A DNA stretch of 64,000 bases, from NCBI GenBank assembly GCA_963514005.1, contig OY740798.1, positions 41,788,001-41,852,000 on the forward strand, written 5' to 3'. The notes below the pieces were generated by a model. It ran no database searches. It was not told the DNA's origin and worked only from the letters and a program-made list of their open reading frames with translations. Shown here in pieces: positions 59,157 to 64,000 of the stretch (its first letter is position 1; every line of letters starts with the position of its first letter). This DNA is from Raja brachyura (lineage: Eukaryota). The position numbers and the translations under genes are program-made.

Positions 59157-62100
59157 TGTAGATATCCAGCCAGGAACAACGCAGGACACGAGTTTTGTGC
59201 CATCAATTGTCGTTCATTTCTTCCTCCGTACAGCTCCTAACTCTTGTCACGGGCATTGCCCGACCTTATAAACCGCCAGGAAAAACGCAGGACACAAGGT
59301 TTGTGCAATCAATTTTTGTTCATTTCTTCCTCCGTACAGCGCCTAACCCTTGTCACGGACGTTGCCCGACTTTATAAACCGCTCGGGGAGCCCCGTGACC
59401 TACACCTCCCATACTACGCGTGGCTCACCACCAGGTGCCGCCACATGGACAGGGAACCGAACGAGGTGGCCGGACCGCGTAAATACATCCCCAGGCACAG
59501 GGGAACTGTGCTGTTTGGGAGAATCTGGGGAAACCCGGGATGGTGGACGCCCCCTGACGGCAAGGTTGAGCCACCTGTGCTGGCTCTCTCAGGTCCATGT
59601 GGGCCGGCTTCAGTCGCGCTACAGGCACAGTTTCTTGCCGACCACCCATGTCCAAAACAAACATCATGCTGCAGCACCTAAAATGGACCCTCATATGGGC
59701 CCTGTAAGGGCGACCTGTGGGCTTTACGGCGCAGAAAGACGTACAAATTGTCCGCGAGTACTGGTGGCACATGAAATGGTGTCACCCCATGACGAGAGGT
59801 CGGAATGGGAGACAGAGCGCTGACCCTCTCCCACATCGCACCAGCACAGATGACGGCGGTTCCCGGGATCCATCGGCGGCCGGTATCAATTCTCCGGGAA
59901 TGGTGAGAATAAATGGCGCCATAAACCCCAACTCTGCCAAGGATGATGACAAATCCTCTTCGGGGCTGTCCGGATTCCCTGCAGGACACATGGCAACTCG
60001 TCCATCCATTCCGGTCCGCATGAGGTGAGCCTTGAAGGAGCCTTTCAGATGGCGGTGGAACCGCTCCACGAACCCATTCGACTGTATATGGTATGCTGTC
60101 AAATGGTGGAGCCGAGTCCCCAGCAGCAGGCGATTGCGGACCACAGTTTGGATGTGAACTGGGCACCCTGGTCAGAGGCGAGATCCAGTGGCACCCCGAA
60201 GCACGCAATCCAATTGGCCACAAGTGCGCGAGTGCATGACTGGGCAGAAGTGTCCATGAGCCGGCCACCGCGTAAAACGGTCCACCACAGTCAGCATGTG
60301 CAAAACACCCTGGGATGGAGGCAGCGTCCCATGATGTCCATGTGCACGTGGTCAAAGCGCCAGCGAGGCACTGCGAACTCCTGAACAGGTGACCGGATGT
60401 GACGATGCACTTGGAAGTTTGGCACGGTTACACGTCCGTGCCCAGCGGCCGACTTGTTTCCGCAGCCCGTGCCACATGAATCTCGCAGCCACCATCGCCA
60501 CTCTGGCCCGCTGAGATGGGTGGGCCAATCCATGGATGACGGCAAAAATACGACGGCGCTAGGTCGCCGGATCAATAGGCCGCGGTTGTCCCGTTGACAC
60601 GTCTTGCAGCACGGTACCGCCCAAGGGACCCAAAGGCACATCCTCAAGTACCAAACCCGAGATCGCGGTATGATATGCCGGCATCTCCTTGTCCACTAGC
60701 TGCGCCGCAGCCAAGGCGGAGTAGTCTACTCTGGAGGCTATGTCAAGAACAGCAGCGATGACTGGGTGGGACAACGCGTCCGCAACCAGGTTACATTTAC
60801 CGGTGATGTGCCTGATGTCGGTGGTGAACTCCGAGATAAACGTCAGCTGGCGCTGCTGACGGGCGGACCATGGATTCGAGACCTTGGGGAACTCAAAGGT
60901 GCAAGACGAGCAGCTCCCAGTCGAATGCGCTATAACGAGAGGCTGCCAGTGACCATTGTCCGACTGCTTCAACACGCCACCGATCGCAGATTTAGAGGCA
61001 ACCATGCGAAGGCTGTGCGGCCGAATTATTCTAGCCGTCGCCGGCATAAACCGATTGTACAAAGTAACCATGCCCACAAATTCCTGGAGGCCCCTCACTG
61101 TGGAAAGCTGCAGGAACTGGCGAATTGCCTTGACTAGTCCAGCAGAGGCACTGCACCGTGCTACGTCACCTGGTGGCCCAGAAAGTTGATGGCACGGAGG
61201 CCGAACTGGCATTTGCCAGGGATGATGATCAGGACAAGTTCAGTGAGGCACTGGCACAACAAATGAAGGTGGGCACAGTGCTCTTGCTGCTCGCTGCTCG
61301 CCATGAGGAAGTCATCATGATAGATATACAGGAAGTCGAGCCCATGACCCATTGTGTCTGGAAGGTCTGCGCGGTATTCTTAAGGCCAAAAGGCATCCAC
61401 AGAAACTCAAACAACCTGAACGGGGTAATTATGGCCATCTTCGGGACATCCTCCAGCCGCACAGGGATTTGGTTGTACCCCCAGACCAAGTCTATCTATG
61501 AGAAGATTGGCTGAGAAGTCCTGGATGTGGGGGATGGGTTAACGATCAGTGGTAGTGGCCTCGTTAAGGCGGCGGAAGTCATCACAAGGCATCCTGCCAC
61601 CGGAGCTCTTTGGCACCATCCATGCTCTGAAACTCAGCCTTTGCAATCAGGAGCTTGTCGGGGCCACCCTGCGGGTGTGGAGCGGTGGTCCCGAAGTAAG
61701 AATATGACCGGAAATTCGGCCAGTATATGGGCATAGATATTGTCCAACGCCGCCATCGGGTTGCGGGTTGGCACGGTGGATGCAGTAGGACGCAGGGAGA
61801 TCGTTTCCAGTGTGGACGAGGCATTGCCTCCTCATGTCCACTAGGAGCGATTGTGCCCACAAGAAATCTGCGCCCAGCAACGGCTGGGCCACATTCACAA
61901 TTGTGAAGGGCCAAGTGAAATGGCACGCGGCAGTCAATGAGGGCTCTCACTTCCCAGTACGGGTGTCCACTCCGGACGGGGGCAAAACGCTAAATTCCGC
62001 TTCCGTGTCCAACAGGAATCGGAGCCGTGAGCGCCATGTCCAGGCATAAAGTCGATTGATTTTGCTGACCACCGCAGTGATTACCGGCGGCAGGCCCTGG

Positions 62101-62988
62101 TTTTTACCCGTAAACAAACTTGGCGGCCGGCATTGAAGGGCCGCTGAACCCCAGCGCAGGTGGTAGAACACCTCATTCTCTTATCTGGGCCTTCCGAAGC
62201 CAGAGGCTCAGCGTGAGTCTGGGCCGTTGCGCTTTCTTGGGTGCTGTGGACACGCCCACATGATCCAGCATGCCCACTCGATCCAGCATGCCCACTCGAT
62301 CCAGCATGCCCTCTTCCTGCTGGCTTGTCAGCCACCGCTCGTCGGCGAGGGCCGCTAGCTGCAGGCGGTCTTCAAAATTTGCGCCCGAAAGCTGCAGGCG
62401 GACGTCGTGCAGCATCTGCTGCAGGAAAGTATATTCAAATAGAAGGCAGAGCTGGTGGCCGCCCATGAGCATAAGCATCTCGCTCACGAGGGTAGAGGGC
62501 TTCCAGTCACCGAGCTGGCCCATGTTCAGCATCCACGCTGCTCCCTCCAGGTGGCTCAGCCCGATGGTCCAGAGCAGCAGCTACTTGAGGCCTTCGTACT
62601 TGTCCACCAGCGGCGGATTGTCAGGGTATGGCACTACACGACTGGCCGTTTCCTAGTCGATCGCACTCACTACACGGTGCCAACGGGTCTCCTCGACTGT
62701 TACCTCGCGGATGCGGAATTGTGACTCGGCCTGTCGGAACCATACCTACAGCTGCGAGATCCAGAAGGTAAGTAATTTCAGGGAAATTACTTACTTGGCC
62801 TGGTCGGCGGCAGCGGCGTGTTAGGCGCTAGTGGTGTGCATCTTCTTATCCAGAATGACACGTTGCCGAATCTGATATACCGCCTGGGGAGCTCCGTGAC
62901 TGACACCTTCCATCACCGTGATATCTGATTCCTCCCTCCAGAGCTGAGGGTTCCGGTTACGCGTGGCTCACCACCAGGTGCCGCCACA
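59157..62988 (-). mobile_element. Degenerate Gypsy LTR retrotransposon
   Basis: Shared LTR end TACGCGTGGCTCACCACCAGGTGCCGCCACA at ~59415-59445 and ~62958-62988. gag, protease (FLLDTEAE), RT (MPFGLKNTAQTFQ, YHDDFL), RNase H and integrase (QSNGFVERFHR, PYEGPF) remnants. Left boundary approximate. Confidence 0.88.
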
Positions 62989-63489
62989 ATACCGGCATCA
63001 TGTTATCACATGACAAACTATTTGAATCAGAATTAATGATATAGTACTACATTTACTTTTTGGGAATAACATTTGTCATTAATATTTAGTAAGTCACAAT
63101 CATTTCATTCTGGACTAATGAAACTATGTAATAAAACGTGTACTTCATAGAGTAATGTATATACTATAAATTATAATCTCTCATGAGACGATAATATGCT
63201 GTTACAGATGTAGCACATTATAGTCTGCATCAGTATTGTGCAGAGATGCAAAGAAAATGCATGCAATTGCTACATTTCTACATAATAATATACATATTTG
63301 ATAATTGCACGTTGAGCAGAAATATAAAGGCCCTGCCTTCACCATAAATATATTGAATGTACTTACAATATGTCAATGATGATGCAGGAATGGCTGTAGT
63401 GGCTCTTTCTCAATTATTGACAATGGAATGGGAATGATTTGAGTCCCAATAAACCTTTCAGACAGTAATCCAGAAATACAGTTTCAAAA

Positions 63490-64000
63490 TTAGAAAGGTC
63501 ATAAGTGATTGGAGTAGAATTAGGCTATTTGGCCCATCAAGTCTACTTCGCCATTCAATCATAGAAACATAGAAACATAGAAATTAGGTGCAGGAGTAGA
63601 CCATTCAGCCCTTACAGCCTGCACCGCCATTCAATATGATCATGGCTGATCATCCAACTCAGTATCCCGTACCTGCCTTCTCTCCATACACTCTGATCCC
63701 CTTAGCCACAAGGGCCACATCTAACTCCCTCATAAATATAGCCAATGAATTGGCCTCAACTACCCTCTGTGGCAGAGAGTTCAGGAGACTCACCACTCTG
63801 TGTGTGAAAAAAGTCTTTCTCATCTTAAAGGATTTCCCCCTTATCCTTAAGCTGTGACCCCTTGTCCTGGACTTCCCCAACATCGGGAACAATCTTCCTG
63901 CATCTAGTCTGTCCAACCCCTTAAGAATTCTGTAAGTTTCTATAAGATCCCCTCTCAATCTCCTAAATTCTAGAGAGTATAAACCAAGTCTATCCAGTCT
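63490..64000 (-). mobile_element. Young CR1 3' end (from ~63561, runs off the window) abutting an older CR1 tail
   Basis: ORF 63659..63958 is closely similar to the C-terminus of the 47117 ORF2; (ATAGAAAC)n tail. Confidence 0.9.

Overview
Vertebrate genomic DNA; the repeat repertoire (CR1, Rex1/Babar, Penelope tails, DIRS, Harbinger MITEs) suggests a cartilaginous fish such as a skate or ray, which is an inference. The only host gene I can support is a + strand astacin (M12A) zinc metalloprotease followed by CUB domains, with an architecture like the Xenopus UVS.2/hatching enzyme. Six internal exons splice in frame: 4623-4801, 9919-10000, 24378-24502, 32417-32535, 58270-58492 and 58594-58703. 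Its 5' exons lie upstream of the window. Most of the rest is intronic transposon debris: a Passport-like Tc1, two DIRS elements, three Gypsy-type LTR elements, Harbinger-type MITEs, a hAT with a 5-bp TSD, and many LINEs, including one young CR1 with an open ORF2. I cannot firmly support a wholly new multi-gene system. The most unusual signals are mechanistic fossils. (1) An unspliced HTRA2 exon-1/intron-1 fragment is fused to an L1-type ORF1 remnant just upstream of an astacin exon. (2) A Gypsy primer-binding site extends through about 42 nt of tRNA-Leu with an A58>T change and joins directly to mid-RT. (3) Both DIRS copies have a disrupted internal complementary region: one by a perfect 61-bp fold-back, the other by a MITE at the junction.
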